DNA of 64,000 bases from an uncultured Actinomycetes bacterium (lineage in GTDB: Bacteria > Actinomycetota > Thermoleophilia > RBG-16-64-13): contig CAWJDT010000001.1 of assembly GCA_963841735.1 (NCBI GenBank), positions 448,001-512,000 on the forward strand, written 5' to 3'. Each line of letters starts with the position of its first letter. Position 1 is the stretch's first letter. The notes beneath the pieces were generated by a model that saw only the letters and a list, made by a program, of their open reading frames with translations, had not been told where the DNA came from and made no database searches. The position numbers were made by a program, and so were the translations under genes. Below are positions 22,700-38,257 of the stretch, piece after piece.

Positions 22700-23054
22700 T
22701 CAGTCGCTCTTGGCGCCGGCCGCGGAGGTGACCGGCTTGGGCGACTCGGTGGCCGCCGGCTTGGCGCTGTCAGATGAGTCGGAGCCCGAGCCCGCCGAGC
22801 TGCTGGCCCGGTCGGAAGACGAACCGGCTTCGCTCGCCGGATGACGAGCATGAGCTACCCGCGCCCAACGTGCTCCGCTTGGCGTAGTCGGTCGAGTAGA
22901 AGCCTTTGCCCTTGAACTGGATGGCAACCGGAAATAGCAAGCGCCTTACCGGCTCGCCACAGACCTCGCACTCCTTCACCGGATCGTCGGACATCCGCTG
23001 GAAGCGCTCGAACTGGTGCTCGCACGAAAGACAACGATATTCGTATGTAGGCAA
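22700..23054 (-). CDS. FmdB-family zinc-ribbon protein with disordered Ser-rich tail (Ruc/Rv0991c-like); one indel near 22850
   Basis: PTYEYRCLSC...CEVC...FKGKGFYSTDY; TTG start after GGAGG. Confidence 0.85.
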
Positions 23055-23126
23055 GGTCGCTAGAACCTCCTGATTCTTCAACTAGCGAGCATTATACCGG
23101 AAATGCAGCCCTCCGTGCACAGCTGG

Positions 23127-23153
23127 TTGGCACTCTCCATGGGTGAGTGCCAA
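23127..23153. promoter_or_regulatory. CIRCE operator (HrcA site)
   Basis: TTGGCACTC-N9-GAGTGCCAA perfect inverted repeat; TATAAT on minus strand at 23091-23096. Confidence 0.9.
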
Positions 23154-23172
23154 ACCGACGGCGCCGTTCTCC

Positions 23173-23781
23173 TCACCGATTGCGTGCCCAGGCCAGATAT
23201 CCGGCCACGGCCATGATCACCCAGTTGATCACCCCGCGGCTCGAGAGGGTGAACACCACCGCGTTCCAACTGAATCCAGTGTTCAAGAAGACCGAGATGA
23301 CCGGAGGGACCACAAAGGCCCAGACCGTCGACGCCGCCGCCACCATCGCCGTAGCTGTGCCGCGGTAGTAGCCGGAGGCCCGGCGCACCGCCTCGCCCAC
23401 GAGATACCCGATGCCGGCGGCCACGAAGAAGAAGATGAAGAAGAAGCCGATGCCGCCCAGGATGTAGTAGTAGGCGAAACCCACCGCCGTGCCCGCGCCC
23501 AAGCCGGCGGCTATCGCCCGCAGAAGGCGGCCGCGCTTGAGCGTCACCCGGGCCGAGCGGGGCATCTTCGCGCATTCCCGGCACTTGATGCCCACCGCCG
23601 AGAAGACCATGCAGTCCGGGCACAGAGGCTTGCCGCAGGAGTTGCAGGTGACCAGGGTGAGGCGTCCGGGATGATTCGCGCAGGACTGCTCGCACGCAGG
23701 CGGCGCCCCCGTGGTGGCTTGGTGGTCATCGCACGGCTGGGGCGGCTCCGGCTGCGCGACCCGCGAGAACTGGTCGCTCAC
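23173..23781 (-). CDS. B-box-type zinc finger membrane protein
   Basis: CANHP...CNSCGKPLCPDC...CREC followed by about 4 TM helices; overlaps hspR stop. Confidence 0.75.
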   Translation of the reverse strand: MSDQFSRVAQPEPPQPCDDHQATTGAPPACEQSCANHPGRLTLVTCNSCGKPLCPDCMVFSAVGIKCRECAKMPRSARVTLKRGRLLRAIAAGLGAGTAVGFAYYYILGGIGFFFIFFFVAAGIGYLVGEAVRRASGYYRGTATAMVAAASTVWAFVVPPVISVFLNTGFSWNAVVFTLSSRGVINWVIMAVAGYLAWARNR

Positions 23782-24197
23782 CGGCGACCCCGGTGTTGCC
23801 GGGCGACCAGGACGATCTCGCCGGGATGACCCAGCGGCACCAGTTCTCTGCGGTAGCTACGATGCACGGCCGCCAGTTCTTCGCTGGCCCCGGTCACGAA
23901 CCGCTCCATATCGGCTTGTACCTCGTCCAACTTGCGCTGCATGGCTTTGAGTTGCTCCTCCATCTGCATCACCCGCTCCACCCCGGCCAGATTGAGGCCG
24001 CATTCCGCCACCAGTTGCTGGATGCGGCGCAGCCGTTCCACGTCGTCCAACGAATAGAGCCGGGTGCTCTTGGACGAGCGTTGCGGGCGGATCAGCCCCC
24101 GGCGTTCGTACATGCGCAGGGTCTGCGGATGCATCTCGGCCAACTCGGCCGCCACCGAGATCATGAACACCGGTCTCATCTTGTCGTCAAACGGCAT
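23778..24197 (-). CDS. hspR: MerR-family heat-shock repressor
   Basis: ISVAAELAEMHPQTLRMYERRGL, GLNLAGV; follows dnaJ. Confidence 0.92.
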   Translation of the reverse strand: MPFDDKMRPVFMISVAAELAEMHPQTLRMYERRGLIRPQRSSKSTRLYSLDDVERLRRIQQLVAECGLNLAGVERVMQMEEQLKAMQRKLDEVQADMERFVTGASEELAAVHRSYRRELVPLGHPGEIVLVARQHRGRR

Positions 24198-24213
24198 CTC
24201 CGTACCCCCTCGA

Positions 24214-25372
24214 CTAGGCCGTCCAGCCGGGCCGCCCGGCGCGCGGGTCTTCCTTGCGCGATTCCGCGAACTTCTTGAGCAGGTCCTTCTGCTCTCCGCT
24301 CAGGCCCTCGGGAGTGAGCACCCCGATCCGAGCAAGCAGGTCGCCCCTGCCCGATGCGCCCAGCCGGGGGGCGCCTTTCCCTTTGATCTTGAGCAGCCGG
24401 CCGTCTTGGGTGCCGGCCGGGATCTTGAGCGACACACTCCCTTCCGGAGTGGGCACCGGGACGCTCGCGCCCAGGGCGGCCTCCACCATGGTGACCGGCA
24501 CCTGGACCAGCAGATCGGAGCCTCGCCGCTCGAACACAGGGCTCTCGTCCACCTGGGCGATGACGTACAGATCTCCAGCCGGTCCTCCACGCAGGCCCGG
24601 CTCACCCTTGCCCTTGAGCCTGATCTTGGTGCCGTCTTTGACTCCCGCCGGAAGGGGGACTGTGTACTTCTTGAGGGCCCGCGTAGTCCCCGACCCATCA
24701 CAGGCGGCACAGGGGTTCTCAATGACGCTACCCGTGCCCCTGCAACGCCCGCAGGGCTGACTGAGGGCGAAGAACCCTTGGCTCTGACTCACCACGCCCC
24801 GCCCTTGACATTGCGGACACTTCACGGGCGCCGTGCCCGGCGCCGCGCCGCTGCCCTTGCAGGTGTCACACCGGACAGTCTGGGACACGCGGAATCTTGG
24901 TGGTGACTCCCTTGAGCGCGTCGTCGAACGACAGCCTAACCGCCACGCTCAAGTCCTCGCCGCGCTCCACCCGTTGCTGCCTCCGGCCACCCCCGGACCC
25001 GCCAAAAGCGCCGGCGCCGCCCGCACCGCCGCTGAAACCACCTCCGAAGAGGTTGCCAAACAGGTCGGCAAAGTCGCCGCCCATGGGTTGCCCGCCCTGA
25101 TAGCCACGGGTTCCGCCGCCCGAGCCGCCCCGCGCCCCCTGCCCAAATGGCATCTGAGGACCGACGTCGTACATCTTGCGCTTCTCGGCATCGGAGAGCA
25201 CCTCGTAGGCGCTTGACACCTCCTTGAACTTCTCCTCGGCTTTGGGATCGTCGGGGTTGGCGTCGGGGTGGTACTTGCGTGCCAGCTTACGGTAGGCCTT
25301 CTTGATCTCGTCCTGGGTGGCCGTCTTGCTGACCCCAAGGACCTCGTAGTAATCGCGCGTGCCGGCAGCCAT
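24214..25372 (-). CDS. dnaJ: DnaJ chaperone (frameshift near 24890)
   Basis: HPD J-domain, G/F region, four CxxCxGxG repeats. Confidence 0.93.
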
Positions 25373-25384
25373 CCCGTGTCGCCC

Positions 25385-26051
25385 CTATCCGGCCGTGCCG
25401 CCGGGCTCAGCCCCAGCCGGCCCAGCCGAGACTATCACCCGGGCCGGGCGCAAGACTCTATCTCCCTGCCTGTAGCCCCGCTCGAGCACGACGGCCACCT
25501 GACCCTCCTCGTGCTCCGAGGGCTGCACCAGTATGGCGTCATGAACAGCCGGATCGAACACGGTACCGAGGCCTTCTATCTCCTGCACCCCGATGCGGGC
25601 AAGCAGATCCACGAACTGGTTGCGGGTCAACCGCACACCGTCGAGCACCTTGCCCTCTTGGTGATGCTCGGCCGCGTCGAGCGCCCTCTCCAGGTTGTCC
25701 AGCACCGGCAGAAGCTCGCCCAGGAGGTCGCCCTGCGCCCGCTCGCGAGCCTCGACCAACTCGCGAGAAGCCCGCTTGCGGTAGTTCTCAAACTCGGCGC
25801 GCAGACGCAGTAGCGCGTCGGCCAGAGTGTCGCGTTCCCGAAGCAAGGTCTCTCGTTCGCCGGCCGGTGCTCCTCTTTCCGGCCCCGCGGCCGCTTCCGG
25901 CGCCTGAGTCGGGTCGCGCAGGCCCGCCTCGGCGGCCTGCCCCAGCCTTGGGCTCGTGATCATCGATAGGAATCTGTCTCTTGCTTGTGGTCATCGGTCT
26001 GTCTTTCACTTTCGATTCCCCGGCAGCGCCGGGAGCATCCGGGTGCTCCAT
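25385..26051 (-). CDS. grpE: Nucleotide exchange factor GrpE (N-terminal frameshift, start uncertain)
   Basis: RLRAEFENYRKR, LPVLDNLERAL, FDPAVHDA, GY...LRPARV. Confidence 0.9.
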
Positions 26052-26138
26052 TTACACGGGGCGGCGGCCCTAGAGGCCGCCGCCCCGCTCGCCATCGTCT
26101 CGCGACGCCATTCTACGACGTCGCTGCATCAGAGGCAG

Positions 26139-26620
26139 CTAGGACTTGCGCTCTTTGCCGGTGGCCTCCACCGTAGCCTGCCGGGCTTCGCCAACGGACA
26201 CAGTGATCTTCTTGGGTTTGGCTATCTCGACCTTCGGCACGGTGACCTCGAGCAGGCCGTTCTCGTACTTGGCCGGACGCCTTCCTCGTCGACGGTCTGC
26301 GGCAGCGCGATCGACCGGCTGAACGAACCGTACCGCCGCTCGATACGGTAGTACTTGTCCTCTTTGACTTCCTCCTGAAAACGGCGCTCACCACTCACTG
26401 TAAGGACGTTGTCCTGCACTTCGATGCTGATGTCCGCCGGGTCCATACCGGCGAGATCAGCTTTCAACCTGATAGCGTCCTCGCTCTCGATCACGTCCAC
26501 CAAGGGAGTCCACGACTGCCGCTCGGCCACGTCACCGCCGCCCACGCGGGAGAACAAGCGGTTGACCTCGGTCTGCAGAGCCGTCAACTCGCGGAAGGGA
26601 TCCCATCTGACCAGTGCCAT
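26139..26620 (-). CDS. Hsp20 small heat-shock protein (frameshifted)
   Basis: MALVRWDPFREL, VDVIE, ERRYGSFSRSIALP, KYENGLLEVTVPK. Confidence 0.9.
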
Positions 26621-26763
26621 TTCAATACCTCCTTTGTCTCTCTTTGCCGCGCCCGCCCCTGCTTGGTATGCGGGCCCCGGCCCCGGCCGCCTCCGTGGCG
26701 ACCGGGCCTTCACACCTGTTTCCTGCTTCAGCGCCCCGCCTTCCACCGACGGGGCCGCGCTTC

Positions 26764-28777
<2,014 letters not shown>

Positions 28778-28908
28778 TCTGTCTACCCCCGGTAGGGCGA
28801 GGCCGCGGACGCTCCATCGCGGCGGCCGGTGTGTCATGAGAGCCGAGTCTTGGTTCTTCGGCACCCCCTGGGTCTACAATACGTCTAGCGCTTACGGCGG
28901 CCAATGAG

Positions 28909-31043
28909 GTGAACATGAGGATCGGTCGAGAAAGACGCACCGCGCGAGTCCGCCGGGCCCACGCGGCCCGGCAGCGCCGCAGCATGATCCTGCTGGCGGT
29001 GCTCATCACCATCCCCGTCATCGTAGCCGGCATCATCGCGGCGGTGGCCTTGACTGGAATGCAGGCAGTCGCGGCGGTAGAGAAGGGGCTGCCCTCCCTC
29101 GAAGCCCAGGGCGACGTCGAGCTCGCCCAGACCACCAGTCATCTACGCCTCCGACCACTCCCTACTGGCCTACCTGCACGCCGGACGAGAACCGCACGGT
29201 CATCAGCGGCAAGGAGATCCCCGACGTACTGCAGGCACGCCCTGGTGGCCATCGAGGACGAGCGCTTCTACAACCATAACGGGGTCGACTTCGAAGGGTT
29301 GATCCGCGCATTGGTGGTCAACATCCAGTCTCAGGGCATAGAGGAGGGCTTCTCTACCATCACGATGCAACTGGTGGGCGGCCTCTACCTGGACCGCGGC
29401 GACATTTCCCTCGGCCGCAAGTTCAACGAGATGGCCTTGGCCTGGCAGTTCGAGAAGAAGTACTCCAAGAACGAGATCCTCGACATGTACTTGAACACCG
29501 TGTTCTTCGGCGAGAACGCCTGGGGAGTCGAGGCGGCGGCCCGCACCTACTTCGACAAGGACCCCATGGATCTCACGCTCCCAGAGGCGGCCCTCCTCGC
29601 CGGTCTGCCGCAGGCCCCCAGCCGTTTCAATCCAACCGAGCCTACCCACTGGAAGCAGCCCTCAAGCGCCGCAACCTGGTACTGGACAAGATGTACGAGC
29701 TGGGCTTCATCACGGCTCCCGAGTACCAAGAGGCCTTCGACACACCCATCGAGCTTGCCCCCTTCTCGATCTACAACAAGGTGCAGGAGCCCTACGTCGT
29801 GGCCTACGTGCGCAAGCAGCTCATCGACATGTTCGGCGAGGAGAAGGTCTTCGGCGGAGGTCTCCGGGTGGAGACCACCATCAACCCCGAGTACCAGAAG
29901 CTCGCCACGGACGCCATATCCTCCACTCTGGACGAAAAGGGCGACCCCGCGGCCGCGCTGGTGAGCATCGAGACCAGGACCGGCTATATCCGGGCCATGG
30001 TGGGCGGCAACGACTACGACACCTCCAAGTTCAACCTGGCCTCGCAGGGCCGGCGCCAACCCGGTTCGGCCTTCAAGACCTTCGTGCTGGTAGCCGCTTT
30101 GGAGAAGGGCATCAACCCGTACACCACCTACTATGAATCGCAGCCCGTCGAACTGATGTATCCAGGCGCCCTCGAACCATGGGAAGTCAATACCTACGGC
30201 GGCAAGGGTACTACGGACTGTCCAGCGTGGTTGCGGCCACCCTGCGCAGCGACAACACCGTCTACGCTCAGATGGCTCTCGACGTGGGGGTGGAGAGGAT
30301 CATCGACGTCGCCAAGCGCATGGGCATCACCTCGGAGCTCAACCCCAACCCGGCCATCGCCCTGGGCGGTCTCAAGTACGGCGTGTCGCCACTGGAGATG
30401 GCCTCGGCCTACGCCACCCTGGCCAACGGCGGTCAGCACATCGAGCCGACCATCATCCTCCGGGTCACAGACGCCAACGGCAATGTGGTCTGGGAGGCCC
30501 ATCCCAAGCAGACCCAGGCCATCTCGGCCGGTATCGCCTACGAAGCAACGCGGATCCTGGTCCAAAACATCTACAGCGGCACGGGCACCAGGGCCGCGAT
30601 AGGCCGTCCCGGCGGCGGGCAAGACGGGAACGGCCACAGACTGGTCCGACGCGTGGTTCTGCGGCTACACGCCGAACCTGTCCACAGCGGTGTGGATGGG
30701 CGACCCCGACGCCCAGGTGCCCATGGACAACGTGCACGGAACGGCGAATGTCACCGGGGGGAGCTTCCCGGCCATTATGTGGCAGAAGTTCATGTACGAG
30801 GCCGACCGGTACTTCCCCGAGGTGGACTTCGCCAAGCCAGAGGTCCTGGCGATCTACGACCCCTTCTTCCGCAGCACCTATGCGGTGGCACCTACCTCCA
30901 CCACCATGAGCACGACGACCACTACGACACCGCCCATCACGAGGCCGTCGACCACAGCAACCTCGTCAACAAGCTCGCCAACAACCGCACCACGACCACC
31001 GACAACTCCGACTGTCCCGAGTTCGTCGCCCACTGCGCCCTGA
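28909..31043 (+). CDS. Class A penicillin-binding protein (frameshifted)
   Basis: EDERFYNHNG, STITMQL, RKFNE, SAFK, SDN, Thr-rich tail. Confidence 0.9.
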
Positions 31044-31124
31044 TCCGGTTGCGCCGCCCCGCAATCGGGTTCTATGCCGGTCCCGATGATTGCAGAACCG
31101 CATCTGTGGATATAACGAAACACC

Positions 31125-33707
<2,583 letters not shown>

Positions 33708-33711
<4 letters not shown>

Positions 33712-35070
33712 AACCGGTAGCCCAGCAGGCCCACCAGTATCGCCCGCAGATCCTCGTAGCGAACGGCTTGGGGTGAGATCCCCCTGGCCAGAGCAAGCGC
33801 GGCGGTGGTACCGGCCGCGCCCCCGTAGTCCATACGCATGGGCTCCATCCGGAATGAGGAGTTGTAGGCGTTGTAGTCCACGCAGGCGCCCTCGGTGACC
33901 AGCAACCAGTCGAACTCGGCAGGCATCATGGCCTTCCAGGGCACCCAGACCACGGCGGCGCCACCGTTTACGTTTCCGCTCAGGTCGTGTCGATCGTAGC
34001 GCGAGTAACACGACTTGGCCGCCGGTTGCGCGACCCGCTTACCCACCTGATCGCCGGTGAAGCGTACAAGCCCATTGGCGATGGTCACCTCGCCCCGAAA
34101 GTAGGGCCAAGGGTACGAGTAGGCCAAACGCATCCCCGGATAGAGCTTGCCTGACCGACCAGTCCCGAACGCGGTCGCGTATCTGCGGCCGGAGATCGGG
34201 ACGAAAGACCCAGTCGAAGATATCCTGCGCCACCCGGTAATCGGACACAGCCTCGTTGAATTCGCACAGCCCACTGGGTAGCTTGCCGGCGGTGGTAGAC
34301 CACATGGTGGGCACAGACCCCACGACCCGGAAACTAGGCAGCCCCGCCATCGCCTGCGGGGCGGTGATGTAGCCGTTGGCAGCCGTCGGCGCGGCCGGGG
34401 CCAGGTCGAGTCCGTAGACTGTCTGGTCCTTGCCGATGCGGTATTCACAGCCGAAGGCCCGCGCCAGGTCCAGAGTGGGAGAAGCGTCGATGACCACCTT
34501 CCCGGTAATGGTGACCTCTTCTCCGCCCTGCACCTGCAGGGTCAGCGACTTGGCCGAAGCATCTACGCTCCCGAGGGCGGCCGCGTAGAAGGTCACCCCG
34601 GGTTTGTTGAGCCTCCACCAGAGCATATCGGCGGCGGCGGCCGAAGACACCTTGAGCCGACCCGTCTGGCCGAAGCTCCTGCGCCACTCCTTCCAGAGGC
34701 CGTTGGCGTAGTACGCGGGCGAGTACATGTCTTCTATCATCAGGCCGTTGGCCAGCGGCGATTCGAGGTAGTCGCCCGACGAGATGATGGCCACGGTGGT
34801 CGATTGGGGGATGAGCGCCCGCCGCAACCGAGTAAGGGCTTGCACTGCTCCTATGCCCGACGTGGTGGTGCCGTAGACCACCACGTCGTACTGCACGGGA
34901 TCGGCGGCCTGGGCCGGCGAGCCCGACCATCCGGCCACGACAACCGCGGCCAGGACCAACGTCCATGCGAGCCGGCGCTTTACTGTACCGAGCGTGAGCC
35001 TCGACCTACCGAGCTTGTGGATGACGTGACCTCCCCGGGAACGGCGGTGCCTCTCTCCAGCCATTCTCAC
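33708..35070 (-). CDS. Secreted FAD-dependent oxidoreductase-like protein (frameshifted; start uncertain)
   Basis: Signal-like AQA then [36 protein letters not shown]. Confidence 0.65.
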
Positions 35071-35132
35071 ATCCGCGACATCCTCGACGCAAGCCAGCGG
35101 TGGAACGACGGCGCTCGCGTATACTCCCCGTC

Positions 35133-36578
35133 ATGAGTCGCCCCCAACTTCAGATTCGACCCGGCCAGATGATCGAACTGACCGTCACCGGCCTTGCCTA
35201 CGGGGGCAAGGGGATAGCCAGACTCGACGACTTCGTGGTCTTCGTGAGCGGGGCCGTCCCCGGCGATGTCGTGCAGGCACGGGTGCTCAAGAACAAGAAG
35301 CGTTACGCGGAAGCGCGGGCGGAGGAGATAGTCGTCCCCTCGCCCAACCGCTGCCCGGCCCGCTGCCCGGCTTTTGGCACGTGCGGTGGCTGCGTCTGGC
35401 AGGACCTGGATTACGGCCTGCAATTGAAATACAAAGCCGCACAGGTGCGGGAGTCGCTCGAGCATCTCGGGGGAATCAAAGACTTTGTGCTGGCCCCCAT
35501 CGTCGGCATGGACGATCCCTGGAGATACCGCAACCGAGCCGACTTCTCCATAGGAATAGCCGAAGAGGGCGCCGTTGTGGGCTTCCGGCCTCGGGGCCGG
35601 TGGGATTCGGTCTTGCCCCTGTCTGAGTGCCACCTGCTCGATCCCACCATCGAGGCCATCCGAGCGACAGTGGAGAGCTGGCTGAGGGAGAACGACATCC
35701 CTGGATGGGACCCACGCACGGGCTCCGGCTTCGCCAGGCATCTACTGGTGCGTTCGAGCCAGGGGGGAGCGGAGGCCATCGTCAGCCTGGCGACCGCCGG
35801 CTCGCAGTTGCCCAACCCCGAGGGACTTGTCGAGCGTCTGCGCGCAGCGCACCCCCAAGTGGTCGGAGTAGTGCACGCCGTGAACGAGGGACAGGCTGAG
35901 ATCAGCTCCGGCATCCCTACGCTCTTGCTCTGGGGCAGGCCGTTCCTGCTGGAGCACGTAGCGGGCGTGACCCTCAAGGTGTCGGTCGATGCCTTCTTCC
36001 AGACCAACACCATGATGGCGAACGCTCTGTACGGGCTGGTTGCCCAGGCGGTGGGGTCTGATGTCGAGCCCGGGGGCGCGACGCCGCGCCGACCGGTCGT
36101 CTGGGACCTCTTCTCCGGCGTGGGCTCCATCGGCCTGTCACTGGCCGGCCGGGCCGAGGCGGTGCTGGCTATCGAAGCCGTCCCGGCAGCAGTGGCCGAT
36201 GCCGAGGAGAACGCCCACCTCAACCACATCGACAACATCAGCTTCCTCGAGGGCGACGTGGCCAAGGTTTTGCGCGAGGCAACCAACGGTGAGCGCCTCC
36301 TGCCCCAGGGGCTCGAGACCCCCGACGTCATCGTCATCGACCCTCCCCGGGCCGGACTCTCCAACAAGGCGATATCCCGCATCGGCGAGATAGGGGCGCC
36401 GCGCATCGTCTACGTCTCGTGCAACCCCACCACCATGGCACCCAACGTGGCCGGGTTCGGGGAGTACGGGTACAAACTGGAGCGCGTCACTCCCGTGGAC
36501 ATGTTTCCGCACACGCCCCACGTGGAATGTGTGGGACTGCTTGTCAAGACCGACGCCGAACAAACGAGCGCCGAGTAG
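35133..36578 (+). CDS. rlmD: 23S rRNA m5U1939 methyltransferase
   Basis: TRAM domain, CGGC, FFQTN, IDPPRAG, YVSCNP, DMFPHTPHVE. Confidence 0.92.
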   Translation: MSRPQLQIRPGQMIELTVTGLAYGGKGIARLDDFVVFVSGAVPGDVVQARVLKNKKRYAEARAEEIVVPSPNRCPARCPAFGTCGGCVWQDLDYGLQLKYKAAQVRESLEHLGGIKDFVLAPIVGMDDPWRYRNRADFSIGIAEEGAVVGFRPRGRWDSVLPLSECHLLDPTIEAIRATVESWLRENDIPGWDPRTGSGFARHLLVRSSQGGAEAIVSLATAGSQLPNPEGLVERLRAAHPQVVGVVHAVNEGQAEISSGIPTLLLWGRPFLLEHVAGVTLKVSVDAFFQTNTMMANALYGLVAQAVGSDVEPGGATPRRPVVWDLFSGVGSIGLSLAGRAEAVLAIEAVPAAVADAEENAHLNHIDNISFLEGDVAKVLREATNGERLLPQGLETPDVIVIDPPRAGLSNKAISRIGEIGAPRIVYVSCNPTTMAPNVAGFGEYGYKLERVTPVDMFPHTPHVECVGLLVKTDAEQTSAE

Positions 36579-36615
36579 AACGGCGCAGGGGGGCGCCGCA
36601 CCCGCGGCGCCGCGG

Positions 36616-37500
36616 CTACTCTTTCCCCCGCGAAGCCGCGAACTCCCTGTACCATTCGTCCAAAAGGGGCACGAACTCCTCGGTGGCCTTGACGTTGCCG
36701 TCCGCGTTGGGATGGTCGTCTCCGTCGGAGTCGTAGTAGAGAGTATCGGAGCCGGGGACGACCTCGTGGACCTCGACGCCGTCCACGAGACGGTGATGTG
36801 CATCGGGGTGGGTGAGCACGTTGTAGAGGTCGAAGACGAACACGTTGCCGGTGGACAGCTCCGCCAGCCAACCGTTGTCCTTGTCGATGAGCCAATCGCA
36901 TAGCTCCCGGGTCTTCTGGGGATCGGGGATGTCGATCATGGGCGGCGGGGTCACCAGGGCGAACATCTTGTCGGGATGCGCCTCCATGTACGGCAGTAGG
37001 CTGTCGTAGATGGCTTTCTCGTCAGAGATATCCGAACCCACGTCGCTGTTGGGGAAGCAGCCCTTGAACATGATGATTGTGTTCTCCCCGGGGGCCGGAT
37101 CGCGGTTGTTGGGGGCGGTCATCTGACCAAGTTCCTGGTAGACCAAGCCCATCGCCTCATCGGTGAACCAGGTGGGCCAGTCGACGGTGTCGGTGCTGTC
37201 TCCATAAGCCCGCCAGCCGTAGTAGATATCGGCGACGTGATAGCCGCTTTCGTTCAGGGCTGCGCAGAGACCATCGTTGAGCCAGTTCTCGCCGACGCTG
37301 TGATGGATGAAGACCAGGTTGACTGTGGTCCCCTCGGTGCTGGTCGCCAAGCCGGCAATGGTGGTGCTATCGGCGGGCAAGACGGTGCCGCTCGTAGATG
37401 CCGGAGTGGTCTCGTCAACACCCTGCGGCGCCAGATCCGCGCACGCGCCAACCGACAAGACTGCGAAGGAGGTGACGAGCAATGCCAGGAGCCTAGTCAC
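36616..37500 (-). CDS. Hypothetical lipoprotein, SGNH-like hydrolase candidate
   Basis: Lipobox VGAC; FIHHSVG...FKGCFPN...DDHPN. Confidence 0.6.
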   Translation of the reverse strand: MTRLLALLVTSFAVLSVGACADLAPQGVDETTPASTSGTVLPADSTTIAGLATSTEGTTVNLVFIHHSVGENWLNDGLCAALNESGYHVADIYYGWRAYGDSTDTVDWPTWFTDEAMGLVYQELGQMTAPNNRDPAPGENTIIMFKGCFPNSDVGSDISDEKAIYDSLLPYMEAHPDKMFALVTPPPMIDIPDPQKTRELCDWLIDKDNGWLAELSTGNVFVFDLYNVLTHPDAHHRLVDGVEVHEVVPGSDTLYYDSDGDDHPNADGNVKATEEFVPLLDEWYREFAASRGKE

Positions 37501-37517
37501 GTTGCCTCCTGAGACGA

Positions 37518-38138
37518 TCAGTACGGAGGCTCGTCCCGAAACCAATCGCCCAGATTGCGGAATGCCTTCCAAAACTCAGCCTTGGCGGTCTCATCATCTA
37601 GGCACTCGTCGACGTCGGGAGTGATCAAAGCCTTGCAAAAAGCGGTGAAGTCTTGAAGCGCTCCCGGGTCCCAGACCAACTCCTTCATCCCGGCCACCCG
37701 ATTGCTGTTGACCAAGTCCAGTGTGGGCTGGCCCATCACCACCATCATACGGGGCTGAGTGATCTGGAACTCCTCCAGCCAGTAGCCCGGGCAGTTGGTC
37801 TCGGCATCTTGGGCTTCGGTGTCGTGGCACTTGAGCAGGTTGGTACCGTAAACGACAAGAGGGTTGACACCCAATCGCTCCATGCTCTTGAGCACAGCTG
37901 TGCCCGAGCGCCCGAAGAAACCCACTCCTTCGTTCACTTCCAGATACCGGGGCCGGTGCTTGAGCAAGAAGATGTCGGCCAGCGGGTGTCCCGACCCAAC
38001 GGTGGGTAGGTATTCCCCCCGCGGGCACTTCCGGCAATGGACTACGCGATGGTTGAGATCGTTGCTCTCGGTGATCGCGCGCTCTTCCAGCTTGCGGTAG
38101 ATCTCGTTCGCCTCAGCAAGAGGTGGTGAGTCTTTCAC
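37518..38138 (-). CDS. Family-4 uracil-DNA glycosylase-like Fe-S protein, degenerate active site
   Basis: CRKC, GSGHP, FFGRSG, TNLLKC, CPGYW. Confidence 0.7.
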   Translation of the reverse strand: MKDSPPLAEANEIYRKLEERAITESNDLNHRVVHCRKCPRGEYLPTVGSGHPLADIFLLKHRPRYLEVNEGVGFFGRSGTAVLKSMERLGVNPLVVYGTNLLKCHDTEAQDAETNCPGYWLEEFQITQPRMMVVMGQPTLDLVNSNRVAGMKELVWDPGALQDFTAFCKALITPDVDECLDDETAKAEFWKAFRNLGDWFRDEPPY

Positions 38139-38257
38139 GATCTCGCTCTGACCGGCTTTCGTGTCGTTGGGCCTGACATCCCTCTGAGGGTAGAGACTAT
38201 ATTGGCGGGCGGTCGGTGAATTCCTCCGGATGCTCGCCCGGGGCGCCCAACTGGCTC

